64,000 nt of DNA from Basidiobolus meristosporus CBS 931.73 (lineage: Eukaryota; Fungi; Basidiobolomycota). Positions 1 to 13,146 of this stretch are shown here, piece after piece. The position numbers and the translations under genes were made by a program. The DNA is taken from contig MCFE01000476.1 in the NCBI GenBank assembly GCA_002104905.1, positions 4,694-68,693 of the forward strand, in the 5' to 3' direction. The first letter of the stretch is position 1. Each line of letters opens with the position of its first letter. Under the pieces are notes generated by a model. It did no database searches. It worked only from the letters and a program-made list of their open reading frames with translations, and was not told where the DNA came from.

Positions 1-398
1 CACATCCCTGGACTTGATCAGCTTCTTTGCTTTGGTATTGTAGAGTCTGTATGCCTTACTCTCATTGCAGTAGCCCAAAAATATGCATTTTACACTTTTT
101 GGCTCAAATTTTGACTGATTTCCGGCCAGTTTTTTGGCATATGCTGTACACCCAAATATTCTTAGATGTTCTGCACTTGGTCTGTATCCATACCATGCTT
201 CAAATGGAGTAGAATCACGAAGTATTCTGTTTTAACTCCTATTTTTAAGGTATACAGCAGTGTCAACTGATTCCGCCCAAAAATCATAGGATAATTTTTG
301 ATCATGGATCATAGATCTTGCCATATCAATTATTGATCTGTTAGCTCGTTCTGCTACTCCATTTTGCTGTGGGGAGTATGGTACAGTAGTCTCTTGCT

Positions 399-2084
399 TT
401 ATCCCATGAATTTTGCAGAAGTGGATGAAGAGTTTTGAGGTATATTCTCCACCATTGTCAGATCATATTTTCTTGATTTTTCACCAGTTTCTCTCTCCAC
501 CATGGCTTTAAACTCCCTGAACTTAGACAGAGCTTCTTCCTTTCTCTCCATGAAGTAGACCCATGTGTATCTTGTATAATCATCAATAAAAGTGATTAAA
601 TACTTCATCCCGCCTAAGGATAAATTTTGCATAGGTCCACACAGATCTGAGTGAATTAGATCTAATTTTTTCTTAGTTTTGATTAACCCAGAGCTCTTGA
701 ACGGTTGTCTGGCTTGTTTCCCATATATGCAGGCTTCACAGTGCTCCAAAATAGCTGGGGGATCAATTTTCACTCCAGAAATTAGCTGATCTTTGATCAT
801 TTTGCGCAAATAATCAAAATTGATGTGCCCAAATCTCCTGTGCCAAAGCATTGGTGTTTCTTCATTTAAGTTACTTATATTGGCTTCCAGATATGATGGA
901 ATATAAGTCAACTTGTATAGATTCTGATCTCTGATGCCCGAAGCAATATGAGCACCATTTTGATCAGTGATCCTGCATCCAGAATTGTCAAAACTGAAAC
1001 TGAGTCCTTCTGCTGTGGCCTTGCTTACAGAGAGTAGGTTCTTGGCTATTTCTGGTACATAGAGTACTTCTTTAAAGGTCAGTGTATGGCTTCCTTCACT
1101 GCTTCTAAGGTTTACTTGGATAGTTCCTTCTCCCACTGCATCAAGTGTTCTATCGTCACCCATGAAAACCTTCTTAATTGGAATTTCTTGATATTGGGTA
1201 AAAAGTTCTTTTTGGTGTGTAAAGTGTTGAGAAGCTCCAGAGTCAATATACCATGTCTGAGAATCCTTGTTTGTGGTCATATTTAGTGCAGATATGAATA
1301 GTCTATCTTCAGTTGTTGCAGCATTTCCATATTCAGGCTTCTTTTGCTGATAATCTCTCTTTTTGAAACACTGGTCTGATGTGTGTCCTTTCCTTTTGCA
1401 GTAGTTGCAAAATAGGTTACTGTGGCCTTTGTAGGGTCTTGGGTACCTCCTTTGTTGGTTATCATTGCTTATTAAAGCATTTTCTTCTTCCTTCTTATTG
1501 GCGCTTGATTTTCTTAATTCTTCATCCAGGAGCCTTCCATATACGTAATTTAAGGTCAAATCTTCAGTTCTGGACTCTAGGGCTGATACAAGGCCCTGAA
1601 ACTTGTCTGTCAGGCTATTCAGGATAGTAACTATCACATCCTCATCAGTAGTTGGTATGCCCACAGATTCCATCTCATCTACCAGCAGGGTTATTCTGTT
1701 AATTAGATTTTTCATTTCTTCTCCTGGCAGCATCTTTGTAGTAAAGAATTTTCTTCTCAGATACATTTTCTTGGCAGCTGAACATGACTGGTAGGTGTCT
1801 TCTAATGCCTTCCAGGCATTCTTTGCCGTTTTTGCTCTTGAGCATTGAATTAGCAATTTGTCCTTGACATTAAGGCAAATGCAGTTAAAGGCACTTTGTT
1901 CTTTCTTCTGGTACTTCAAGGCTTCCTCTCCCATGTTTTTAGGAGGGCATACTTCTCCCATGACAATATCCCAAAGGCCTCTTTCTTGTAGCAGCATCTT
2001 CATCTTCACCTTCCACACTTGGTAGTTAGATCCATCCAACTTTTCAGCAGAGGGAAAAATTCCAGTAATAGCAGTAGTAGACAT
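399..2084 (-). pseudogene. gag-pol: Copia A gag-pol, frameshifted in integrase
   Basis: Likely start is the ATG at 2084 (MSTTAITG). The T-run at about 477-481 has 5 T versus 6 T in the paralog at 60122-60127, so the frame shifts after ...ERETGEK. The integrase reading continues to the window edge in another frame. Confidence 0.85.
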
Positions 2085-2102
2085 TGCAGAGAGTGATAGC
2101 TT

Positions 2103-2115
2103 GGGGCTCATAACC
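2103..2115 (-). promoter_or_regulatory. Primer-binding site GGTTATGAGCCCC (internal half-tRNA-iMet type)
   Basis: Directly abuts the LTR end (...ACAACA|GGTTATGAGC). Same motif at 5124 and 61749-61761; variants at 43450 and 37935. Confidence 0.8.
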
Positions 2116-2464
2116 TGTTGTAAGAGTCTTGGAGATATTGGAAGTGATTGGGAGAACAAGTAAATTATGTGGTTTTCACTTAACGATTTATTGATTGTAG
2201 AAGTAGTATTTATACTTTTACCTAGTCTTGGCATAACAAACACGTAGAATAGGTTAAGGAAGGTCCCAAGAACATGTGTGCAAAGTTTGGGGCTGTTTGG
2301 ACAACTTTGAGAATTTTCATGTTCTGGGTACCTGGTATTTTGGTGAAAATATTCTAAGTAAATCCCGACAAGGAATTTGGTCAGTATTCTTTAGGATTTG
2401 AAGGTAATGATCCAAGTGACTAAGTTAGGTGAATATTTAGGTGGAAATACGAATTTTTACAACA
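2116..2464 (-). repeat. Copia A 5' LTR (349 bp, TG...CA)
   Basis: TGTTGTA...TACAACA ends; contains TATAAAT and AATAAA; homologous to 4774-5123, 5821-6168, 8125-8473, 11346-11693, 25311-25655 and 61762-62111. Confidence 0.92.
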
Positions 2465-2639
2465 TTACAAAATGGTATTTCCTTTTTCTACCTCTGCTTG
2501 TGCAATTCACATATTCTTCTGTAGAATTATCCCTCTTTATTTGCTTACCCACTACTACCTTGGGCATTTTGCATATAGTTTAAATCAAAAAGTACTATGG
2601 CCTACTGTTTACCAACCACTACAAACATGCGCACCTACC

Positions 2640-4773
2640 AGAATTGAAATATGTCTATCACCTCAACTCTACAGCTTTTTAGTGTGATACTTGCAAAGTT
2701 GCCATGTACCTTGTATTGCTGGTACCATATATATCTAGCAAGCATATGCTTAGTTGCCACCACTTCTGCCATGAATATCCATAAAGAACTTCTTGGTATT
2801 TAGCCAATATATTCCTTCTCCCTACTGGTTTCTAGTCCCCCTTATAGGTGCATTCTAGCTCTTGTTTGTATGAATTCCATATTGAATGGTGTAGAAATTG
2901 GCTGGTGACCAAGAGAAATCCAGCATACCTTGGTAGAGTTTTCCTAATAGAAATTAGATGCTTGTTGCACCCAACCCAACTTTGCATTACTCCACTGATT
3001 AACCATGCATGGGGCTGCTAAGCTTCTTAATGCAATAGGCATAGGTGTCTCCATGTGCACATCTGTCCTCAGTACTTCCAACTCTTCCTGGCTGTCCTCC
3101 ATGTGCCAATTCATCACATCCATGATGGACTTAAAGGTAATATTTTTGATGAGATTGGGATATGGTAGTACCTGCAACTTAACTTGTCTTCCTATCTCCC
3201 CACGTATCTGCTCCATAGGAAATTCCCAAAGGTGCAGCAAGGTCCAATATTCTCCACACACTAAGCAAGATGGAGTAGCAAATTGATACAGTAGTGGCAG
3301 AGATCCATACATTTAGCTTTATGTTTGTAGTATAGGGGCTCAAATCCTATCACAAACTCTTCACAGCTGTAGCTGCATAAAGTTGGCATTGGTGATCTGC
3401 TTCCAGATCAATATTTGTACAATGTCCACATTTGACTCCCAATGCTTCCAATGTACTCTTGGTAGAAATGGCTTCAGAAGGCCACTTGAATAAATACATA
3501 TCTAGTTCATCCAGTCCTTGCACTTGTATTGTTGCATATGAGTATGAATATTGATTGGAGCCTGTGAGAAGTACTTAGAGTAGCAGCTACTCTGTAATAT
3601 CTTGCCAATTCTTTCAAATTTCTCAGGTATCTCAAAGGGCTCCTTGAGCTTGAAATGCCCCATGTACAACTTGGTCATCAGTATAGGGATATTATTCAAA
3701 AGCAAATGCATTGCCCCCAATGGAAAGCTTTTGCTCTGACAGATACCCTCTATTTCAAGTACCTCCAGTTTACAATATATTCCATATTCTGGTCAATGGC
3801 TTATAGCTTGCCAACTTTGTTGCAATTGTGTGCCAACCTCTGTATGTTCTCTCTGCAGAAAGATGATGCTCTCAGTGTTGGTGTTTGGGTAATAATAATA
3901 TGTGTGAGTTATGGAGTAAGTCCCCTGGATCTTACACATTTGATAGCAATACCATCCATTGTGCCCAGAAAAGCCATCTATCTCACTGATGGCCAGGGTA
4001 TCTCCAATACAGACAATAATATGCACATTGACATGATGGCCATTTACTGTTATCCTGCTGGAAAGAATACAACATTCATCCAGCAATAGATACAGGCAGC
4101 TATCCAGGTTGGATGGTGATTTAGGCCCAGATACCAGTGAGACTACCATCAGATTTCTGCTCTGGTGCTGTAAGATGAACGGAAAATTCAGGTTGATGAG
4201 AATCAGTGGCCAGCAGGATTTCCTGGTAGAGTACTTGCTTAATAAGAATCCATCAAGTGCCAAGGCAAAGGCATAGTCATATATACCTTCAAAATAGCCC
4301 TTGCTTCTTAGGTGTTTGTAATATTTGCCATCAAATATATTGGATATGTTTGTGCTTGATTGATACCAAGTGCAGTCTTAATAGCTTCACAATATTTGTC
4401 AGAATGCATGAGCTTCTTTAGAGAGGGTATTACTGGAATATATCCAGAGTGTGAACAATGTTTTCACTCAATGGTGGCATTTTTTGATGTGAGTGCCATG
4501 CAACTGTTAACAAATGCTGGTATGCAGATGGTCTCTGAGTCATATGTTGCCAGCTGCATGACAATTGTCCATTCATACCATGTTCAGGGCATGTTGCATC
4601 CTAGAATCATTTTGGCAAGAAGTAGTGGTAAGTCCTCAAAGCCCTAATTACTGATATTTGTGGAAACATGCCACTTCTCTAACCACAACATCACATTGTT
4701 CACCAGTAGTACAATTACTGGGCTCACTTGGCTCAATAAAGTATCCTTGATATTTTTTTCCATGGATAACATC
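2640..4773 (-). pseudogene. CACTA/EnSpm (tnp2-family) transposase, degenerate
   Basis: Fragments MALDGF...SCWPLILINLN...VSGPKSP...GDTLAI...FSGHNGWYCYQMC resemble fungal tnp2 transposases; many stops. The N-terminal part resumes at about 11694-12050. Confidence 0.8.
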
Positions 4774-7700
4774 TGTGGTGGAAAATTTCTAATTCCACCT
4801 AAATATTCACCTGACTTAGTCACCTAGATCATAACATTCATATCTCAGGGAATACTGACCAAATTCCTTCTTGGGATTTAGCTAGAATATTTTCACCAAA
4901 ATACCAGGTACCCTGAACATAAAAATTCTCAAAGTTGTCTATACAGCCCCAAACTTTGCACACAAGCTCTTGGCACCTTCCTTAGCCTATTCCATGTGAT
5001 TATTTCTCTAAGACCATGTAAAAGTATAAATACTACTTTGACACTCAATAAATCATCAAGTGAAAACCATGTAATCTACATGTTCTCCCAATCACCTCCA
5101 ATATCGCCAAAACTCTTACAACAGGTTATGAGCTCTAAGCTGTCACTCTCTGCAATGTCTACTACTGCTATTACTGGAATTTTTCCCTCTGCTGAAGAGT
5201 TAGTTGGACCTAACTACCAAATGTGAATGGTGAAGGTGAAGATGCTGCCACAAAAAAGAGGCCTTTGGGATATTGTCATGGGAGAAGAATGATCCCCTCA
5301 ATATGTGGGAGAGAAAGCCATAAAGTACCAGAAGAAAGATCAAAGTGCCTTTAACTGCATTTGCCTTAATGTTAAAGACAAATTACTAATTCAATGCTTA
5401 AGAGCACAACTGACAAAGGATGCCTGGAAGGCATTAGAAGACACCTACCAGTAATGCTCAGCTGCCAAGAGAATGTATCTTAGACAAGAATTCTTTACTA
5501 CAACAATGCTGTCAGGAGAAGAAATGAAAAATCTAATTAACAGATTTACTCTGCTGGTGGATGAAAAGGAATCTGTGGGAATACCAACTACTGATGAGGA
5601 TGTGATAGTGACCATCCTGAATAGCCTGACAGACAAGTTTCAGGACCATGTATCAGCCCTAGAGCCCAGAACAGAAGATTTGACCTTATATTATGTATAT
5701 GAAAGGCTCCTGGACAAGGAATTAAGAAAATCAAGCTCCAATAAGAAGGAAGAACAAAATGCTTTCATAAACAGCATTAACCAACAAAGAAGATACCCAA
5801 GACCTTTCAAAGGCAACAGCTGTTGTAAGAGTCTTGAAGATATTGGAAGTAGATGGGAGGACAAGTAGATTCAATAGTTTTCACTTAATGATATACTGAA
5901 TGCTAAAGTAGTATTTATACTTTTAGATGCTCTTGGCATGCCAAGCACGTAGAATAGGCTAAGGAAGGTCCCAAGCACATGTATGCAAAGTTTGGGGCTG
6001 TTTGCACAGCTTTGAAAATTTTCATGTTCTGGGTACATAGTATTTGTTGAAAATATTCCAAGTAAATTACATGAAGGAATTTGAACAGTGCTCTCTAGGA
6101 TTTTAAGGTAATAAGCTAGGTGACCAAGTTAAATGAGTATCTAGCTGGAATTACAAACTTTTACAACACTCCCACTCAGCTAAATGCTCATACTGACTAG
6201 TCCTAATTTTGACCTAAGATATTCAACCTTGTCTCTAACTAATGGTTTGGTAAATATGTCTGCAATCATTCCATCTGAAGGACAGTAAACTAAGCCAACT
6301 AGGTTATCCTCTATAGCTTCATATATGAAATGATGTCTAATATATATGTGCTTAGCTCTAGCATGAAAAGTTGGATTTCTACCTAATCATATACATCCTT
6401 GATCATCTTGAAATAAGGTAAAGGTATTTTTTTACATAGGCCTAAGTCTGTAAAAGCTTTCTTAGCCACATTGCCTCTTTTGTAGCTTCACAGGCTGCCA
6501 TGTACTCTGCCTCTGTGGTAGAGAGTACCAGGGTTGGTTGCTTCCTTGAATTTCATCAAATTGCTCCTTTGCAGTGAAGAAAGGTCTATCCTGTGGTGGA
6601 TCTTCTGTCTTCCATATTCTGTCCCCAATCAGCATCAGAGTATCCCACCAGATCCAGCTCTAAATACTTATAAGTGTATCTTAAGGAGATATCAGCAGTT
6701 GCTTTTAGGTATTAAAAATCCACTTAACTGCTCCAATATGATCAGATCCACAGTTCTAATGGTGCTGGCTGACATCTCCCACCAAGTATGGGATATCTGG
6801 ACATGTTCCTAGCATGATATACATGAGACTTCTAACTATAGATTGATAAGGGAAGTTAGGGCTTTCAGATGGCACCAAGCTCTCTTGATTTGGCTGAGTT
6901 TTGACCAAGTTAAGGTTTGTCTCCTTTGAGGTAGCTATTGGTTTACAGTCTTTGATTTGGTACTTTCTTAGTATATCTTGAATATACTTGGATTGGCACA
7001 GGGTATAAACAGAGCCCTTCTACAGTGGCCTTGCTTACAGATAGTAGGTTTTAGACTAATTCTGGTAAATAGATTACTTCTTTCAAGGTCAGTGTATGGC
7101 TTTCTTCACTACTTCTAAGGTTTACTTGGAGAGTTCCTTCTCCCACTGCATCAAGTGTTCTATTATTACCCTTTAAAACCTTCTTGATTGGAATTTCTTG
7201 ATACTGCATAAAAAGTACTTTTTGGTGTGTAAAGTGTTGAGATTCTCCAGAGTCAATGTACCACTTCTGAGATTCCTTGTTTGTGGCCATATTTAGTGCA
7301 GATACAAATAGTGTATTTTCAGTTGTTGCAGTATTTCCATATTCAGGCTTCCTTTGTGGATTATCACTCTTTTTGAGACACCAGTTAAATATGTGTCCTT
7401 TCCTTTTGCTGCAGTTGCAAAACAGATTGCTATTGCCTTTGTAAGGTCTTGGATACCTACTTTATTGGTATCATTGCTTATTAAAGCATTTTCTTCTTCC
7501 TTCCTATCGGTGCATGATTTTCTTAATTCCTCATCCAGGAGCCTTCCATACACATAATTTAAGGTCAAAACTTCAGTTCTGGGCTCTAGGGCTGACACAA
7601 GGCCCTGAAACCTGTCTGGCAGGCTATTCTGCATGGTTACCATCACATCCTCATTTGTAGTTGGTATGCCCACAGATTCCTTTTCTTCCATTGGCAGAGT

Positions 7701-10700
7701 AATTCTGTTAATTAGATTTTTCATTTCTTCTCCTGGCTGCATCTTTGTAGTAAGAAATTTTTGTCTCAGATACATTTTCCTAGCAGCTGCACATGATTGG
7801 TAGTTGTCATCTAGTGCCTTCCAGGCATTCTTTGCCATTTTTGCTCTTGAGCATTGAATTAGCAACTTGCCATTAACGTTAAGGCAAATGCAGTTAAAGG
7901 CACTTTGTTCTTTCTTCTAGTACTTTAAGGCTTCCTCTGCCACATTTTTAGGAGGGCATTCTTCTCCCATGACAATATCTCAAAGGCCTCTTTCTTGTAG
8001 CAGCATCTTCATCTTCACCTTCCACACCTGGTAGTTGTATCCATCCAACTTTTCAGCAGAGGGAAAAATTCCGGTAATAACAGTAGTAGACATTGCAGAC
8101 AGTGACAGCCCAGAGCTTGTAACCTGTTGTTACAATCTTGGAGATATTGGAAGTGATTGGGAGGACAAGTAGATAATGTGGTATTCACTTACTGATTTCT
8201 TGAATGTAAAAGTAGAGTTTGTACTTTTACATGGTCTTGGTATAGCAAACATGTAGAACAGGATAAGGCAGGTTCCAAGAGCATGTGTACAAAGTTTGGG
8301 GCTGTTTTGACAACTTTAAGAATTTTCATGTTTGGGGTACCTGGTATTTTGGTGAAAATATTTTAAGTTAATCCCAACAGGGAATTTGATCAGTATTCTC
8401 AAGAGTTTGTAGGTAATGATCTAAGTGACTAAGTAAGGTGAATATTTAGGTGGAATTACAAATTTTTACAACAACAGCAATCTGTTTTGCAACTACTGCA
8501 AAAGTAAATGACACATATCAGACTGGTATATTAAGCAGAGAGATAATCAGCAAGAGAAGCCTGAATATGGAAATGCTGTAACAAAAGAAAATAGACTATT
8601 CATATCTGCACTAAATATGACCACAAACAAGGATTTTCAGATGTGGTACATTGACTCTGGAGCATCTCAACACTTTACACACTAAAAAGAACTTTTTACC
8701 CATTACCAAGAAATTCCGGTTAAGAAGGTTCTAATGGGTGACAACAGCTCACCTGATGCAGTGAGAGAAGGAACAATCCAAGTAAACCTTAGAAGCAATG
8801 AAGGAGCCCATACACTGACCATTAAAGAAGTACTCCATGTACCAGAAATAGCTAAGAACATACTATCTGTAGGCAAGGCCACAGCAGAAGGACTCAGTTT
8901 CAGCTCTGACAATTTTGGATGCAAGATCACTGATCAAAATGGTGCTCCTATTGCTTTGGGTGTCAGAGATCAGACTCTTTATAAGTTGACTTATATTCCA
9001 TCAAGTTTGGAAGCCAATATAAGTAACTTGAATGAATAAACACCAATGCTTTGGCACAGGAGATTTGGATATATCAATTTTGAATATTTGGGCAAAATGA
9101 TCAAAGATCAGCTAGTTTCCAGAGTAATAACTGATCCCCCAGCTAATTTGGAGCACTGTGAAGCCTGCAAATATGGGGAGCAAGCCAGACAACTGCTCAA
9201 GAGCTCTGGGTAATTCAAAACTAAAAAAAAAATTAGATTCAACTCACTCAGATCTGCAGGGACCTATGCAAAACTTATCCTTAGGCAGGATGAAGTATTT
9301 AATCACTTTTATTGATGATTATACAAGATATGCATTAGCCAACTTCATGGAGAGAAAGGAAGAAGCTCAGTCTAAGCTCAGGGAGTGTAAAGTCATAGAA
9401 GAGAGAGAAGCAGGTGAAGAAATCTAGAAAATATACTATGACAAAGGTGAAGAATATGCCTCAAACTCTTCAGCCACCTCTGCAAAATTCATGGGATAAA
9501 GTAAGAGACTACTGTATCATACTCCCCATACCAAGGTGGAGTAACAGAGTGTGCAAAGAGATCAATAATTGATATGGCAAGATCTATGATCTGTGTTCAA
9601 AAATTATCCCAAAATCTTTGGGCAGAGTCAGTTGCCACAGCTGTATTCCTTAAAAATAGGAGCTATAACAGAATACTTTGTGATTCTACTCCATTTGAAG
9701 TGTAGTATGGATACAGATCAAGTGCAGTACATCTAGGAATATTTGGGCGTACAGCATATGACAAGAAACTGCCTGGAAATCAGTCAGAATTTGAGCCAAA
9801 AAGTGAAAAATAGATATGTTGGGGCTACTGCAATGAGAGTAAAGCATACAGCCTCCACAATACCAAAGCAAAGAAGCTAATCAAGTCCAGAGATATGTTG
9901 TTTGATGAAAATTCAAACTCTCACATAAAACAACATCAGATGATGACAAAAATTGGATCTCAAGTCCAGCAATGGTGAGGGTTCAATCAGAGCAAAACAA
10001 TGGAAATTCTTTCACTCCAGAGGGCTCTGTAGCTGTGGTTCAGCCTAAATCAGTGCCCAGGAGTATCCCAGAAGTGATTGTTCTAGTATCAAATGCCTGG
10101 AGATCCAACTGGACAAAAAATAGCCTAGATTACAATATTAGTGAGGGTACAAACTTAGCCTATGCCTATTCAGTCCATATTGATGAGCACCAGACTGCAA
10201 AAGATGCCCCAAACAGCCTTGAGACAAAGTTTTGGCAATCTTCAATGACTGAGGAATTTCAGACTCTGCTGGAAAATCAAACTTGGGACTTAGTCAAATT
10301 ACCAATCAACCAAAAATCAGTTGGATGCAGATGGTCTTTAAGACAAAACACAAGGCTGATAATACAATTGTAAGATACACAGCAAGACTTGTGGCCAAAG
10401 GATACTCCCAAACAAAAGGACTTGACCATACTGAGACCTTTGCACCAGTTGCCAAGTTCAATTCCATCAGATTAATGTTTGCTATTGCAGCTTAATATAA
10501 GTTTTATATATATATCAAATGGATGTATATTCATGATATACTAAAAAAGTACTAAATCAACAACTGTAAACCAACAGCTACCCAAATGGAGACAAATCTT
10601 AACTTGATCAAAACTCAATCAAGTCAAGAGAGCTTGGTGCCATCCAAAAGCCCTGACTTTCCTTATCAATCTATGGTTTGCCATCTCATGTATATTACAA

Positions 10701-11693
10701 TTGGAGCACATCCAGATAACCCATATTTAGTCAGAGCTGTCAGCCAGCATAATTAGAGCTATGGTTCTGATTGGATTGCACCAGCTAAGCGGATTATTAG
10801 ATATCTAAAAGGAACTGATGATATTTGCTTAAGATACATTTATCAGGACTCAGAACAGAATCTATGGGATACTCTTATGCTGATTTGGGACAAAATTTGG
10901 AAGACAGAAGATCCACCACAAGATACACCTTTCTTTATTGCCAAGGAGCAATTTCATGGAGTTCAAGAAAGCAACCAACTGAAGCACTTTTCATCTTGGA
11001 GGCAGAGTATATGGCAGCCTGTGAAGCAACAAAAGAAGCAATACACTTAAGAAAGCACTTTATAGATTTAGGTCAATGTCAAAAGACACCTATTATATTA
11101 TTTCAAGATAATCAAGGATGTATACCATTAGGTAGAAATCCAGCTTTTCATGTTAGAACTAAGCACATAGATATTAGACACCATTCTGTACACAAAGCTA
11201 TAGAGAATAATCTAGTTGGCTTAGTTTACTGTCCTCCAGATGAAATGATTGCTAACACTTGTACCAAACCAGTAGATAGAGACAAGCATGATAATCTTAG
11301 GTCAAAGTTAGGACTAGTCAATGTGAACATTTAGCTGTGTGGGAGTGTTGTAAAAATTTTTAATCCCACCTAAATATTCACCTAACTTAGTGACTTAGAT
11401 CATTACCTTCAAATCCTTGGGAATACTGACTAAATTCCTTTTTGGGATTTACTTAAAAAATTTTCACCAAAATACCAGGTACCCTGAGCAAGTAAATTAT
11501 CAACGGTGTCCAAACAGCCATAAACTTTGCATACATGCTCTTGGGACCTTCCTTAGCCTAATCCGCATGTTTGCTATGCCAAGACCATGTAAAAGTATAA
11601 ATACTACTTTAACATTCAATAAATCATCAAGTGAAGCCACATAATCTACTTGTTCTCCCAATCACTTCCAACATCTCCAGGACCCTTACAACA
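4774..11693 (+). mobile_element. Copia A element (degenerate) with a nested copy; RT partly deleted
   Basis: LTRs 4774-5123 and 11346-11693, PBS at 5124, purine tract before 11346; gag, protease, integrase, RT start and RNase H (SWSSRKQ, AEYMA, RTKHIDIR). The RT middle is missing at about 10525. Confidence 0.88.
5821..8473 (-). mobile_element. Internally deleted Copia A element nested antisense in the gag of another Copia A
   Basis: LTRs 5821-6168 and 8125-8473; perfect 5-bp TSD ACAGC (5816-5820, 8474-8478). Integrase and most of RT are deleted at about 7010. Confidence 0.9.
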
Positions 11694-12077
11694 TTTTCCC
11701 AGTGCATATTGGGATTTGGCAAGGCTCATGCATGGTACTGTTGTTGGGGAGATAGACTCACAATTCATCAGTGTGCCTTCTTCTTCAGAGCTATCACTCT
11801 GCATGCCATACTCAGAAGGCTGCAGTGAACCTCAAGGTGTCACAAACTCACATAACTCAGTTTGAGCAAGGTGACAAGTAAAGTTAAGTGCCATTATGGA
11901 AGTCTCAAGTGGCTGGCAAGATATTGTTAGCACAGTAGTGGCTGATCAATGGTCAAATATGACATGTGTTGCAAAACACTGTCCATGATCCTTGTTATAC
12001 TTCCTATGCTGTCAGCATGCCTCATGGCAGAAAGGCTTTTTACAATAGCCACATGGTCTTTTTTTCTTCTCTTACAG

Positions 12078-13146
12078 TGTGGTGGTGTATAGGTCTAAGG
12101 GAGAGATATGTCCAACACTTCTCAAGTATTTGTGTGTGGGGTGCTCACTGGGTGTGATAGCCTCTGGCAAAAGCTTGCTAGGAATACTTGGGTTCTGTCA
12201 CTAATCTAATGTGATGGGGAACAAAGCCACAAACTTCTCAAGGGAAAACTATTGAGCTACAATCCCCAATTGAGTTGGCGTCTTAACAAAAGTATGTGCT
12301 GGGTTCAGTGTCCTTTGAGTAGACAATGTGCTAAAGCTTCCAAAGTCCAAACAGTTGTAGACTCCACCAGCAGGGACTAGATAAAATGCAGCTGTGGTCA
12401 ATAGTTACAAAGACAGAAAAGTATCTTTGACTGTACAAGAACAAACTTGGGAAAGAATCAAATATATTGAAAGATACCTACCCCAAGTATTGCTCATAAT
12501 TAGTGCCTCTAAGGTCAGTTGGCTGTCAGCGTGGTTTCCTGGGAGTGTCCTGTAGTCTGGGGTTGGAAGTTCAGGTAGCAGCAGGTAGCAATGATCACAC
12601 TAAGCAACAAGTTGGTATATTGATAAAAGGGATGATGATTTATTGCTGAGGGATAACCTCCTTTATATACTTTTCTTACTGACAAAGTGATTACTAATCA
12701 TAGTGTTCCAGAAGGTTCTGGATATCAATAGAGATCTTAATGACACCAGAATGACCTAAGAATGTTCTAAGTATGTGCCGGAAGGTTCCAAGAGGCACAG
12801 CACATCCAACCAATCAGGAATCAGTATTATGAAACCTGTGCAACATAGGGATAGCATATATGGTATGAAAGTGGTAGGGACGGTGCCATGGACTGGTCAT
12901 GTGTCACAGGTACTGGCGCAGGTACTTGCCTAATATAGAAACACTTATAGCTAGTAATCTAACCTAGAGTGACGGATAACTTATGCAATAAGGTAAGCAG
13001 CTATGATAGTCAGCCAGCTTATGCAATAGTACTGATCAAGTAAGACAAATGGGATAAAACTAAAATAAGGGTAGTAGAGAAATAGGGAAGTAGAAAATAT
13101 AAGAATGAGCACATCTGTCAGTGGGTGTCACTGTGACCCCACTACA
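12078..13146. mobile_element. Solo LTR, family R1 (about 1.07 kb)
   Basis: TGTGGTGG...CCACTACA ends; flanks ACAG/ATGG; the empty paralogous site reads ACGG at 16869-16872. Confidence 0.88.

Larger units (their letters stand above)
1..2464 (-). mobile_element. Ty1/Copia LTR retrotransposon, family A, copy 1 (5' LTR to integrase; continues beyond the left window edge)
   Basis: 5' LTR 2116-2464, PBS, Gag with CCHC knuckle (CNYCKRKGHTSDQC), protease (WYIDSGAS), GAG-pre-integrase (LWHRRFGH) and integrase core (LIHSDLCGP) in Copia order. Confidence 0.95.

Noticed and set aside
2085-2243. 53-codon N-terminal extension of gag through the LTR and PBS, open in three copies
   Set aside because: It overlaps the LTR TATA and polyA signals, so it probably lies upstream of the transcription start. 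The copy at 8125-8250 has a stop, and one ancestral open stretch of this length is plausible by chance.
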